A stretch of 64,000 bases of DNA from Octopus sinensis (taxonomy: Eukaryota), in assembly GCF_006345805.1 (NCBI RefSeq), contig NC_042997.1:90768001-90832000 (forward strand), in the 5' to 3' direction. This document shows, in pieces, positions 1 to 12,492 of this stretch (its first letter is position 1; each line of letters starts with the position of its first letter). Under the pieces are notes generated by a model. It was not told where the DNA came from. It did not search any database and saw only the letters and a list, made by a program, of their open reading frames with translations. Both the position numbers and the translations under genes were made by a program.

Positions 1-1778
1 ATGTGTGTGTGTGTGTGTGTGTGCATGTACGGTCAAGCTGTCAGATTGAAAGACAAAGTATCAAAAGAGAAAGCGTCAAGAAAAGATAATCATAAAAAGA
101 CAGTACAGCAAAAGTGATGAAAGGTTAAAGAAGGTAATAAGGCAAAAAGTAGTGGAGGATGGCAAGGAGAGAGAGAGAGAGGAGAGTGTGTGTGTGTGTG
201 TGTGTGTGTCTATATGTGTGCATACATATGCACAGAGACATGCGTATTTTGTGTAGGCATTCAACTCAATGTCTAAGAGGAGTCACAGAATAAGAAAAAC
301 AGGTTGAGTAAAGTAGTGCATACTTTTAGGAAGACAGGACTGGGTTGTTGGAAGATAAGAAAGGCAGTTGAAGAACAATAAGCTAAGTAAAAACCCCGTC
401 TCTACTGACATTGAGTTAAACATCTATGAAACATGAACTAACATCACAGCAAAGGATAAAAGAAATTTTACAGGGATAATAAACAATACAGAAATCTTGT
501 TATTCAGGCTATTATTATTTTTGCTATTTTTTATATTGTTTTATTAACATTGTTATTTTTTTTTTTTCCCTATTTCTTTTATATACATTGCATTTTTGTA
601 CACAGATGCTTTTCAGTGCACCCAAACCACTTCTAGGCCAACAGTCTTATTAGATTGTGAGGTGCACAACCAAACATGGATAACTGTGCAGGAACAACGG
701 TGGGGTGGACAGGAGAGTTGGTTGTGGAGAAGCTTCAACAGTAGTAAAGAATGGCTGAAAGAGGCAGGTGAAATCTAATCTCCCTGCCCCAAGAGACTGA
801 TGCTGTCCTTTTCTAAAAGAGTCACAAAACAATGTCATCAACAGTGGTGATGCTGGTTGTTGATTTTATTTACCTATTTTTCATACTTTTGTCATTGTTG
901 TCGATTACCTTTTGTCTCCTACTTCTTCTTCCAACATCCCCATTCGATTATCATTACCACCACTCACCCCACCTCACTCAAAATGCATTTGTTCCACAGC
1001 AACCCACCTCTTTGTCATGTATTAGAATATTGTGTATTTCTGGATGAACAGGTGCTGCATCTTCAGTTAGGTGCTGTTAGGTTCCATATTCCATGGAAAC
1101 ATTTCAAATGTGCATGCACACACACGTGTGCACGCACGCGCACACATGCATGCCTGTGTATCTATATGTAGTTACACATGCCAGCTATGGATAGATATAT
1201 ACACATACATACATTCCATAAAAATGATACATTCATACATTTTTCTTTTTCCCATACACACACACAAAAGTGTTGATGGATGGATGGATATATATATATA
1301 TATATATATATATGAAACTCACTTTCTTACAAATACATACACACACAGAATGTAACTTTATGACAAAGATGCATCAACACACATGCACATACAAAGGTAG
1401 TAGTGGGTAATAAGATAGACTGTGTATACAATTGTGGAATGAGCACGGAGAAGAGAGCTGAATGACAGAAAGAAAGGCCACAGCTGGTGACACAGCAACT
1501 ACTGAAGGGCTGATTGGTTCATAGGTAGACATGAAAGGATCAGCTGGAAGCAGAGATAACTTTGGTTCCTATGCAGAAGAATGAGATTCACTAGACCTCA
1601 ATATGTAATGACAGGTTCTATAATGGCGGGCAAGATAGGTTTAGTAAGAGGGTTTAGTGGGCTGAAGAAAAATACATTTACTAAAGTAATATGTGTGATA
1701 TGACTGGATATCGTACAGTTGCAGTCAATGGCTTTATACACACAAAGACAATGCAGTTAACAACTAGACATCCTCACA

Positions 1779-1819
<41 letters not shown>

Positions 1820-3156
1820 TATAAAGAGTCAAGCAGTACATAACCTTGTAGAAAAACACATTCATGTAGACAATTAGGTAATAGAGTATTAACTGATACA
1901 TACAAGCATATACAGATAGATACACACACATTGTAGGTTCTCTGCACACTTGTGCAATCTGACATTAAATGATATTTTGTTTTTTTACATTAATATACCT
2001 GGCAACTTCTATGAAATGGTATGTTATGTAAGTTTACTAGTACAATCACTCGACAACAGAACAATCAGATGATTGAGGTGTGGGGAGTAGGGACTTCTAT
2101 GCATTCAATCAAACTGCTAGAAATAGCAAACAAATATTTCTCAAATCACATTCCACTATCCTAAAACAGAAGGATAGATTGGAAATATAGTCCAAGATGT
2201 CCAGAACGATTTTGAACATAGGGAAACTCAATCAAAGTCTAATCTTTGCTATTATGTGGAAACTTGTGTTCTTCAATGACCCTGAGAGCTATGCCAGCAG
2301 AGTGCAAGCTACTTGTAGGGCCATATTTTACATGACCATTGGTGTAGCACTGGTCAAGTTATGCAAGTGGGTAATGGTGTCTTCATGTTTTATTGCTTTT
2401 ATTTTTTCTATTACCATCAACAACAAACAACTACATGGTGCATACCATGTGCATGCTGTTGAAATGGTTATCAAGAATAGTGAATCAGGGAGGGATTGTT
2501 TTGTTTTTTGCTGCTCCTTTGTACCTCTAAAACAACCTTAATTTGAAAATAAACTGCACAGAAACCATTGTCATCAAAGAAAAAACAAAAAAGAAAAGCA
2601 AAATCAGTAAAATAGTTTCTCTTATAGAGCATACATGCTGTCTAAATGACTGAGGTGCTAGACTACTAACAAATAGGACTATCATTTCAAACCCCTAAAG
2701 TCAATGATCACTAAAAATCACATTTCTGATTACTTGTCTATTCCATACCAAAATAACCACTCTTGGAATAGTATTCAATTTCTCATTTCCATACCTCCGT
2801 TAATATATTTATGGATTGGACTTATTGAGTATCTATACAATATTGTTTCAAATAACTTAAATATTTTTCCTATTTGCTAACTGTCATCAGTTAATAGAAC
2901 AGAGATTTTAGGCCAAAAATACACACTACAGTGAAACAATATTAAGTAGTACTCACTCATAATTTCATTTTAAAATTCCTTAGAAATACACCTAAATCAA
3001 TATTTTTGATTACCAGGATGTAGTGTTAACATTTTTAGCTTCATATGCAACAATTTGAAGAAGAAAAATGTGCCTCTGAAAACATGCAGTCTGTTGTATT
3101 TTGAATAACTATACTTTGATTCAAATGCATTGATAATATTTTAAGGAAATCTTCAG

Positions 3157-3326
3157 TGAATAATGCTTACAACTATTTTCAAACTATGGACGCAAGAGAC
3201 AGCGATGAAGTATCGGAGGACAATCTCAAAACACTGAACCTTATGAAGGAGATGACAGAGGACCGAAAATATAGTGCATTGATGTACTCAAGAAGACCCG
3301 CACCCCCACCAGATCCTAAACCCAAA
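3157..3326 (+). other. Coding-like segment of unknown origin (NNAYNYFQTMDARDSDEVSEDNLKTLNLMKEMTEDRKYSALMYSRRPAPPPDPKPK)
   Basis: Stop-free, non-repetitive, several CpGs; follows cttcag; abuts an RTE 3' end at 3327; protein not recognised. Confidence 0.45.
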
Positions 3327-3591
3327 GTGACACATAAAAGGCTTTGGTGTGGATGCTGGTGCCATGTAAAAAATACTGGTGCTGGTGCCATATAAAAAAC
3401 ACTGGAGATGGTGCCACATAAAAAGCACCCAGTACATTCAGTAAAGTGATTGGTATTGGGAAGGGGATCCAGCCATAGAAACCAAGCCAAAGCAGACTAT
3501 GGAAGCTGGTATGGACCCTGGCCTTGCCAGTTCCTGTCAAGCTATCCAACCCATGCTAGTATGGAAAATGGACATTACATGTTGATGATGA
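3327..3591 (+). mobile_element. RTE-type LINE 3' end (tandem ggtgccacataaaaagcac units + cccatgctag...gatgatg tail)
   Basis: Same 3' terminus as the RT-linked copy at 49597-50581. Confidence 0.8.
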
Positions 3592-3861
3592 AGCTGATAA
3601 TTATGTATTTTTCAGTCTTACATATATTTTATTGGCCTTATTACCCAGTCTTTTGGCCTGGTAGTTTCCTGTCAGATTGCACCATTATAATGTATACTAG
3701 TGGAACTCCCATATGCCCCAGGATTCAGTTTCATCCACCACATTCATCTTCTATATATTTCAACAACATATTTTCTTTCATCTCTTATAATGCCAATTCC
3801 AATACAGGTGCTACCACCCTTCATTCTTCACTAACCTTCTGCACCCAAGCATAACCTAGAC

Positions 3862-4047
3862 CAGTACTCCACAACCTTTTTTCACTTGCGGTACATTTAG
3901 ATTCTTTTCAAAATTTGGTGGCACACCTGAACTAAAAATATAACTAAAAGTATAGGGAAAAAAATTATATTCAGATAACACTGCAGCACACCTAGCATTG
4001 TCTCATGTCACATCAGTGTTCCATGGTATACCGGTTAAGGAGTACTG
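3862..4047. mobile_element. hAT-type MITE
   Basis: TIRs cagtactccacaacc / ggttaaggagtactg; 8-bp TSD acctagac / acctagat. Confidence 0.75.
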
Positions 4048-4667
4048 ACCTAGATACTACACTAACTCTAAAACATCCTCTGATTGTGTCATACAAATTT
4101 TGTCTTGCGTAACAGCAGAAAAATACAATCATTGAGCATATCAAGAAAACATTTATACATAGCACTCTCCTTAACCCTTCAGCATTCATTTATTCTGTCA
4201 AAAGTAATGCTTATTTCTTCACATTGTTTTGATTTAATTATGCATTATCTCATAGCTTTGAGATTACAATGGTGTGGTTATTTATTTTTAGAATGACCTT
4301 GTAGGATAGGTGTGAAAGGCTGGATATAGCCAGTTTGAACCTGGCTATAGCCTGAGGCCATAGCAGAAGACACTTGCCCAAGATACTATGGCAGTGTAAC
4401 TGAACCCAGAGCCATGTGGTTGAGAGGCAAGCTTCTTACCACACAGCCACACCTGCACCTATATATTGACTCCTCTCTCCTTTTTCCATCACTACTACTG
4501 CGGCCTCTGCTCCTCAGAGCTAGCTGGTATCTTGCTGTTTCCACTCAACCACTTTCAACTCACTTTCCTGTCCTCTTTTCATCAACAGTATTGTATCCAC
4601 CTTCCCACATCCCAGGATGTACTAACCACTAAGCAAAGAACTCCCCCCACCCAACATGTTTTCCCCT

Positions 4668-4700
<33 letters not shown>

Positions 4701-4718
4701 GTGTGGTGTGTGTATGTA

Positions 4719-4760
<42 letters not shown>

Positions 4761-5212
4761 CATACATACACACACACTATCCATTGATTACCATCTGTTC
4801 GAGAGGAAGCATTAATTAACTGAATCCATCTTCACAGTCTCAGAGGGCTTGTGAAAGCCTTCAGTACTGCCTCTTCCTTCAGACAAAAACCAGTTAAAAA
4901 TATATATATATAACTACTATGTACATAATATAGTTGTTTGTGGAGTATAGATAATGTGTAAGCATGATGCATTATCACATTTTGCGTACCTACAAATATC
5001 ATACACACTACTATAACCAGCAATCTGAACCAGTATATATATAACCAACACACAATATAGCAACCATTTAACTATTACTCTCTACAACTGCCTAACCAGC
5101 ACAGTATATAATTTGCTAACAAACCATATCCTCCAAAGTTCAACCCAATAAGTATTTAATTTGACAACAAGCTAACCAATACACATTACTGAAACTTAAC
5201 CTACACTAAAAT

Positions 5213-5333
5213 ATATATATTAGCAACAGAAGCAGTATTATTACTGAGAGGTAATATTTATCTCCACTTAAACATGGATCTGCATTAAGGAGGATGTTCA
5301 GTATTCGATACTGCTTCTGTTACTAATATATAT
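5213..5333. mobile_element. Small MITE-like inverted repeat
   Basis: 26-bp arms 5213-5238 and 5308-5333 with one mismatch. Confidence 0.6.
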
Positions 5334-5900
5334 TTTTTAACAAACTCACTGGCTAATCATGACACTAGTGCCTGTTCTGGCACTGCTATTATATATATAT
5401 TGCTGGCAGGAAGATGAATCGCTGCTACCTCTAGCGGTCAAGCGTTCATCCTTGACAAGACCAAAGAAGGTTGAATCATGCGATCTAGTGGTTTCAGCAC
5501 TGGAGATAGCAGGGATTTATCACCCCACTAGTAATATATACAGGAGTGCATTTTGCACCAAAAGCCAATGTGAGAGGTTTCTCTCAAGGTAACAACTGCA
5601 GTATAGTTTGTTCTAACAGAACATCCATGTTTCAGTGGGGACAAATTTTAACCTACACTGTCTACCAGAATTAAACCCAACATTCTCTGCTAAGCAGTAA
5701 ACCAAGTGTCAACTCCCCTATCCTAATCTTCTAAATTAGCTAACAATGACTGAGATCTTAACTTGAATTCCAGAATGTTCCATTTCCAAATTTGCCAGTT
5801 GGGCTCCAATGAACTTTTACCCAGAAGCCATACTCCACTGAGATAGATAAGTTATTATATACAATCAGTTATTTTTCTGTTCTGTTTTCAAACACACAGC

Positions 5901-5969
<69 letters not shown>

Positions 5970-7785
5970 CATACACATATACACACACATATATACACAC
6001 ACATACATACACACACACACACATATTTACACACATACATACACACACACACACACATATTTACACACATACATAGATATATATATATATATATATACAT
6101 ATGCGCACACACACGCACATACATACATACATACATACATACACCCACACACAAACCCAGGCCTATTGTTATACACCCCACTGATATTTACTGATCAACC
6201 AACCTATCAACCAAACCAGATTCCACTAACTCCTAAACCTCTGCTATACCACCATCACTATCACATCTATCTTTCCCTCTCCCTCTCTTCCAGACCCCTA
6301 CCCAAGCAACCACCACACTATCTCCAATGTATATCACCCACCACCCTCACCACAAATTCTACCACAAATCCCACCACCCACTGCTACCAACTACCATCAC
6401 CCCACCACCACCAACTACTACCACCACCACTCCACCACAACCAAGCCCCTACAACTACCTCTACTGTTACTACGACCACCACTCTCTGAACCTCATGTAC
6501 AGATGTTTCCATACCAAAAGAATCACCGATCAACATTAACATGGTCTCCAGAGAATTTTAAAAGGAAACAATTTCCCTGAATAATTTTTTTGTGTAATTT
6601 TTCTTGTATATTTTTGAATTGCCTCCCTTTTGTCACACAAATTGTTTTTTTTTCCTAAATGTTTCCTTTTTGTTTTCATATATTTTTGCTTCTTTATTTC
6701 ATTTTATTATTATACTTTTTGTTTTAGCTGCCAAGTGTCAGTGTTTTGAGATTTAGCTTAGCACAGCAATCAGCTAAGCAGCATGCAGCTGTACTCCATC
6801 CATACTACAAGAAGTACTTGTGGCAGAACAGAGGCAGAGACAGACAGACAGACAGTGTGTGTGTGCATACATGCACATGTGTGTTTACCTGTCCAGTAAG
6901 GGAAGAACTATATAGAAGATTCCCAATCCACAATGCCCACCCACGATGAACAGAGTGATGCAAATAACAATGCAATTGCATGGCGCAATAAGTGATGCCA
7001 ACCACACAACACCAAATACCTTCAGCAATAACAACAACCATAAGAACAATAACAGTACCACCATCAATTCCACCAACAACAACACCAAGAACACCACCAC
7101 CACCACTACTGTAATCATTGGTTACAATGATAAGTGATGCCACACGACAACATCTCAACAACAAATCTTTCACACAGACAAAATGTGTGTATGTGTGTGT
7201 GTGTAAACAGAACAAAAATATTTAGTGATAGAAAACTAATTAGCACTAAAGAGAGGGTAATGAATGCAGGAGAAGGAAGTGTAGGGGATAACAGAGACTG
7301 TAAATTGAATTGAGGGGAAATGATAACAACAAAGTATCGTTTAACTGTATTTGAAAAACAAATAAAAAAACCTCCAATACAACAACAAGCACAATTTGCC
7401 CAGCTCCCACTACCACCACAAGTCCCTTGAATCTAGTAGGGGTTTGAAGCAAAAATAACAAGGAAATTCTTTCTCCACCCGCTCCTACCACCTTCAACCT
7501 ACCCATACTGCTATGCCTCCACTAAATCCAACTATAATCATCATTATTTTAATGTACACTTTTCCATGTTTGCATGGGTTGGACAGTTTATTTGAGGTAC
7601 ATTTTTCTATGGACAGATGCCCTTCCTGTCACCAATCCTTGCCTGTTTCCAAGCAAGATTACATTTCCCCAGGCATGTTCTCGCAGGATATTGGAAATGA
7701 ATGACTCTGCTTGTACAACAGTGACAATCACTTTCAACTATCATGTGATGTCAAGACAAGGAGATACAGACATGTATATATATAT

Positions 7786-8366
7786 GTCGTCAAGATCAAC
7801 CTTCGCATATTCGCCGTGTCAGGCCGAAAACGAAATGTTCCCAAGATAAGGAAATCTTTCTAATCTAATTCATCCGTAATCTGTACCAGTAATATTCTCA
7901 TGCAAATTTGTCTGATCTCTAGTGGTTAAGCTGTTTATTATTATTATTATTAGTATTATCCCTTTAATCCCCAGTCGACAATTTGTTTATTATTATTATT
8001 ATTATTTTCAGCTTCGCCTCGTATTGCATATTATGTATAATTTATTAGTTATTGTTGACCATCGGTTTCCGGCCTCGTGTCTCGCTAAATACAGAATAGA
8101 TATTTAAGTTTCTCCATACAGGGGTTTTTTCAATGGCAGCCGATTTTCGCGGGGTTCCACTATTCCCTTCTCTCTCTCCCTCCTTTACATTGTCTGCCCT
8201 CCCCCCTCTTCCTTTCCCCCTTCCATTGCTAAGAGCATTTTTAAGCCAGCCCGTCAAGTTCAACCTTCGCGTATTTGCGCCCCGCATTTTTAAGCCAGCC
8301 CGTCAAGTTCAACCTTCGCGTATTCGCGCCCCGCATTTTTAAGCCAGCCTGTCAAGTTCAACCTTC
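7786..8366 (+). mobile_element. Unclassified CpG-rich interspersed repeat, same family as the tandem units at 53140-53790
   Basis: Shares ttcagcttcgcctcgtattgcatatt, ttttcgcggggttccactattccc and gccagcccgtcaagttcaaccttcgc blocks; ends in three 49-bp repeats (8235, 8284, 8333). Confidence 0.75.
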
Positions 8367-8993
8367 ACTGAGCTTAGTACACTGGAAGGCTGCACCAGAC
8401 TCCAGTCTGATTTGGCATGGTTTTCTACAGCTGGATGCCCTTCCTAACACCATCTCGAGAGTGTAATGGGTGCTTTTAGGTGCCACCAGCATGGGTGCCA
8501 TTTGCATGACACTGGAGTGCATTTATGTGCCACTGGTATCTGCCACTAATGCGATTTTGCTCAGCTTGATGGGTCTTCTTCTCAAGCACAACATAATGCC
8601 AAAGGTCTCAGTCATTGCCTTCGTGAGGCCCAACACTTGAAAGGAACTCAGCCACTTTGCCTCCATGAAGCCCAATGTTCAATGATGTTATGTGCCACTA
8701 GCACAGATGCACTTGGCTTGACAGGTCCTCTAAGCACAGCACATTGCCTAAGGTCTCAGTCAAAGATCGAAGATCATGCTTCACCACCTCGTCCTATGTC
8801 TTCCTGGGTCTACCTCTACCACAGGTTCCCTCCACAGTCAGATCAGCACTTCGACCATACCAATGCAGTCATCTCTCTTGCACACATCTGATTCCTCTTA
8901 TGCCTAACTTTTCTCTCAAGATGCTTACACTCTGTCAAACATGCACACTGACATTGCACATCCAGCAAAGCATACTGGCTTCTTCATTTCTTT
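8367..8993 (-). mobile_element. RTE LINE 3' fragment (RT C-terminus + 3'UTR)
   Basis: Reverse complement of the family at 49597-50581 (cttttctctcaagatgcttacactctgtcaaacatg...). Confidence 0.85.
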
Positions 8994-9002
8994 ATGAATA
9001 TA

Positions 9003-9555
9003 TATCATCATCATCATGATCATCATCGTTTAACGTCCGTTCTCCATGCTAGCATGGGTTGGACGGTTCGACCGGGGATCTGGGAAGCCAGAAGGCTGCA
9101 CCAGGCTCCGGTCTTATCTGGCAAAGTTTCTACAGCTGGATGCCCTTCGGGTGCTTTTTACGTGCCACCTGCACTGGTGCCAGGCGAGGCTGGCATCGGC
9201 CACGGTCGGATTGGTGCATTTTATGGAAGCCAGTCAAGGCGGCACTGGCTTCGGCTACGATTCGGATGGTGCTTTTTACGTGCCACCGACATGGAAGCCA
9301 GTCGAGGCGGCGCTGGCATCGGCCACAATTCGGATGGTCCATTTTATGGAAGCCAGTCGAGGCGGCACTGGCTTCGGCTACGATTCGGATGGTGCTTTTT
9401 ACGTGCCACCGACACGGAAGCCAGTCGAGGCGGCGCTGGCATCGGCCACAATTCGGATAGTACTTTTTACGTACCTCCAGTCCTAGGGCCCTGGCATCTG
9501 CCAGGTGCTAGTCATAGGATTGGTTCAATTTCGATTTCACTTGGCGGATGAGGTT
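9003..9555 (-). mobile_element. RTE 3' end / RTE-tailed non-autonomous element with internal GC-rich VNTR
   Basis: (cat)n-cgtttaacgtccg...ccatgctagcatggg terminus; 68+55-bp subunits repeated with a 123-bp period. Confidence 0.85.
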
Positions 9556-9556
9556 C

Positions 9557-9557
<1 letters not shown>

Positions 9558-9608
<51 letters not shown>

Positions 9609-9646
9609 TGCATACATACATGACTTATATATATATGTATATATAT

Positions 9647-9680
<34 letters not shown>

Positions 9681-9713
9681 AATATGCATACATACATGAC
9701 TTATATATATATG

Positions 9714-9764
<51 letters not shown>

Positions 9765-9784
9765 TACATACATGACTTTATATA

Positions 9785-9815
<31 letters not shown>

Positions 9816-9830
9816 TACATGACTTTTTAT

Positions 9831-9864
<34 letters not shown>

Positions 9865-9904
9865 ATATGCATACATACATGACATATATATATATATATG
9901 TGTG

Positions 9905-9937
<33 letters not shown>

Positions 9938-9945
9938 CATACATA
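9558..9945. repeat. (TA)n compound minisatellite with catacatgact units
   Basis: Directly visible; related array at 10435-10660. Confidence 0.9.
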
Positions 9946-10219
9946 AATGAGGGTAAAATTTGTACTGTCTCCCTGGTTTCTATGTGCTAGGCCACTTGGT
10001 GTTAAACTGACGGTATTATTAAATTAATATCTAATTTTTCACCCTCATTTATGAATATATAAAATAAGTATACTGCAGCAAATATTGTATGCGGTATTGT
10101 TTTCCACGGAGTCTTAGCATGCTTTCGGCGGGAAGCTAAACCACAACTATGTATGCAATAGATCAGACCGCATGTGTATTTCATCGCCCGTGTGGGTCTG
10201 ATAAATTGTATCGAGGACA

Positions 10220-10297
10220 AATACTGCTGATGAATTATAGACAAATATGTGAGTATAATTACATACTATGTTGATAAGGAAACAATTGTTCAGTATT
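10220..10297 (+). ncRNA. Type-I hammerhead ribozyme-like motif (degenerate stem II), probable Penelope-like element relic
   Basis: aatactg-CTGATGA-...-GAAAC-aatt-GTT-cagtatt; 7-bp helix I, palindromic helix III aacaattgtt. Confidence 0.55.
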
Positions 10298-10432
10298 AAT
10301 CTATCTTTTGTTGTATTTCGCTTCCCTTACGTTGAGGGTAATGCTGTTTCTGCTGTGGAAAAAATCTTCGTTGGCTATACCAGAATAAGGAGCTATTTCT
10401 AGCACTAGAGTTAGCCACTTATCGTTAACTCT

Positions 10433-10476
<44 letters not shown>

Positions 10477-10486
10477 CATACATGAC

Positions 10487-10518
<32 letters not shown>

Positions 10519-10526
10519 TACATGAC

Positions 10527-10558
<32 letters not shown>

Positions 10559-10567
10559 CATACATGA

Positions 10568-10606
<39 letters not shown>

Positions 10607-11211
10607 TATATGTACATACATGACTATATATATATATGTATATAAATGACTTTATAAATATATAAATGACTAAATTGCCTATTTAAATGAAATGTATTAA
10701 ATAATTGCCATGACTGTATTGATAAATAAAATAACACATACAACTCATTTATTAATTGTCATATAATAAACAGACAGAAGTTCGTATGAAATCCATCTTT
10801 TTTCTACTTCAATTATTACAGGTTTTTCTCTTATAAAATTACACACATTCAGAAGGAGTAAATCTGATTTGTAGTGGTAGTCTTACCCTGGTTCAGATTC
10901 AAAAAATATTTTGTAGGAGCATCACATGTGGGAGCAAAAGCAAATCGTTGTTTATAAAGAAATATTCACTCTTAATACATGACTACTTCAATAATTTAAT
11001 TTGCCATTACTACCATTACATTCATGAATGAAATTGATCTTTTTTCTTCTTCAATTATTACATATTCCTCTCTTGTAAAAATACACACACACAGGAGGAG
11101 TAAATTATATATAATAACACTTTGAATGTGGCTCCAAACAAACAGTAAAAGTAATTACCCAATCAACGACAGGTATAACTCGCTGTGTGTGTCAAAAGGA
11201 AAAGTACGGTT

Positions 11212-11852
11212 ATCATCATCATCATCATCATCATTTAGCGTCCGTTTTCCATGCTAGCATGGGTTGGACGGTTCAACTGGGGTCTGGGGAGCCCGAAGGC
11301 TGCACCAGGCCAGTCAGATCTGGCAGTGTTTCTACAGCTGGATGCCCTTCCTAACGCCAACCACTCCGAGAGTGTAGTGGGTGATTTTATGTGCCACCGA
11401 CACAGGTGCCAGACGAGGCTGGCGAACGGCCACGCTCGGATGGTGTTTTTATGTACCACCGACACAGGTGCCAGACGAGGCTGGCAGACGGCCACGCTCG
11501 GATGGTGTTTTTATGTGCCACCGACACAGGTGCCAGATGAGGCTGGCGGACGGCCACGATCGGATGGTGTTTGTTACGTCCCCAAAGCACGGAGGCCAGT
11601 CTATGCGGTACTGGCTACGGCCACGTTCGGATGATTTTCTTGTGTGCCACCGGCACTGGTACCACAAAGATACAAATTCCATTGATGTTCATCTATTTTG
11701 ATTTGTTTTGATTTGATTTGATTTTCACTTGCCTCAACAGGTTTTCACAAGTGTCACAAGAAGGAAGGTATGCACAGGTGGACTGACTACGTCCCAGGTA
11801 GGGGCCACGGGTTATGGCCTGACTAGTCTTGCCGGGTCTTCGGATGGTGTTT
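11212..11852 (-). mobile_element. RTE 3' end / RTE-tailed element with about 61-bp tandem repeats
   Basis: (cat)n tail; repeats of ttatgtgccaccgacacaggtgccagacgaggctggc...ggatggtgttt at about 11387-11575. Confidence 0.85.
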
Positions 11853-12029
11853 TTATATATATATATATGAATTATAACACATAACTAGCTCATAGCTCAT
11901 TCAGTAAAGCATGAGACCTATCTTAGGGTTATTGGTTCAAACCCCATGTTGGGCGCATGCTTTTTATTTAAGGCAGTACTCCAGCATGGCTGCAATCAAA
12001 CAACTGAAAAGAGTAAAAGAATCTATGTA

Positions 12030-12093
<64 letters not shown>

Positions 12094-12136
12094 TTATATG
12101 TATGTGCGCGTGTGTATGCATACACAGACACATGAA

Positions 12137-12422
12137 GGCGCATGGCTTAGTGGTTAGGGCATTTGGCTGATGATCGTAAAGTTGTGAGTTCAATTCCCAG
12201 TGATGCACTGTGTCCTTGAACAAGACACTTTATTTCACATTACTCCAGTCCACTCAGTTGGCAATAGTGAGTAGTACCTGAATTTCCAAGAGCCAGCCTT
12301 GTCACACTCTCTATCATGCTGAATCTCCCTGAGAACTACAATAAGGGTACACACGTCTGTGAGCAAGTTGTTCCGTTGATCGTATCAACTGGGACCCTCG
12401 TCATCATAACTGACGGAGTGCT
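12137..12422 (+). mobile_element. tRNA-derived SINE (family with ctccagtccactcag core)
   Basis: A box tggcttagtggtt, B box gttcaattcc; second copy at 26430-26745. Confidence 0.8.
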
Positions 12423-12427
12423 CTACC

Positions 12428-12460
<33 letters not shown>

Positions 12461-12492
12461 ACAATTGCAGCGTGGAAGGTGCTGCATGGATT

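Noticed and set aside
650-746. Minus-strand acceptor ctgcctctttcag followed by PFFTTVEASPQPTLLSTPP... as the next exon after 16675
   Set aside because: No convincing donor before the stop and no recognisable MORC2 C-terminal motif; remaining exons probably lie outside the window.
5869-6489. Long ORFs rich in Y/I/T/H/V/C (also 9512-9944, 17110-17469, 18822-19858, 27036-27439)
   Set aside because: Translations of (TA)n/(CA)n/(TG)n microsatellites, which lack stops in some frames.
11387-11630. Regular ~61-bp repeats resembling a CRISPR array (also 9225-9470)
   Set aside because: Units are contiguous with no unique spacers, lie inside an RTE 3' end in an animal genome, and have no cas genes.
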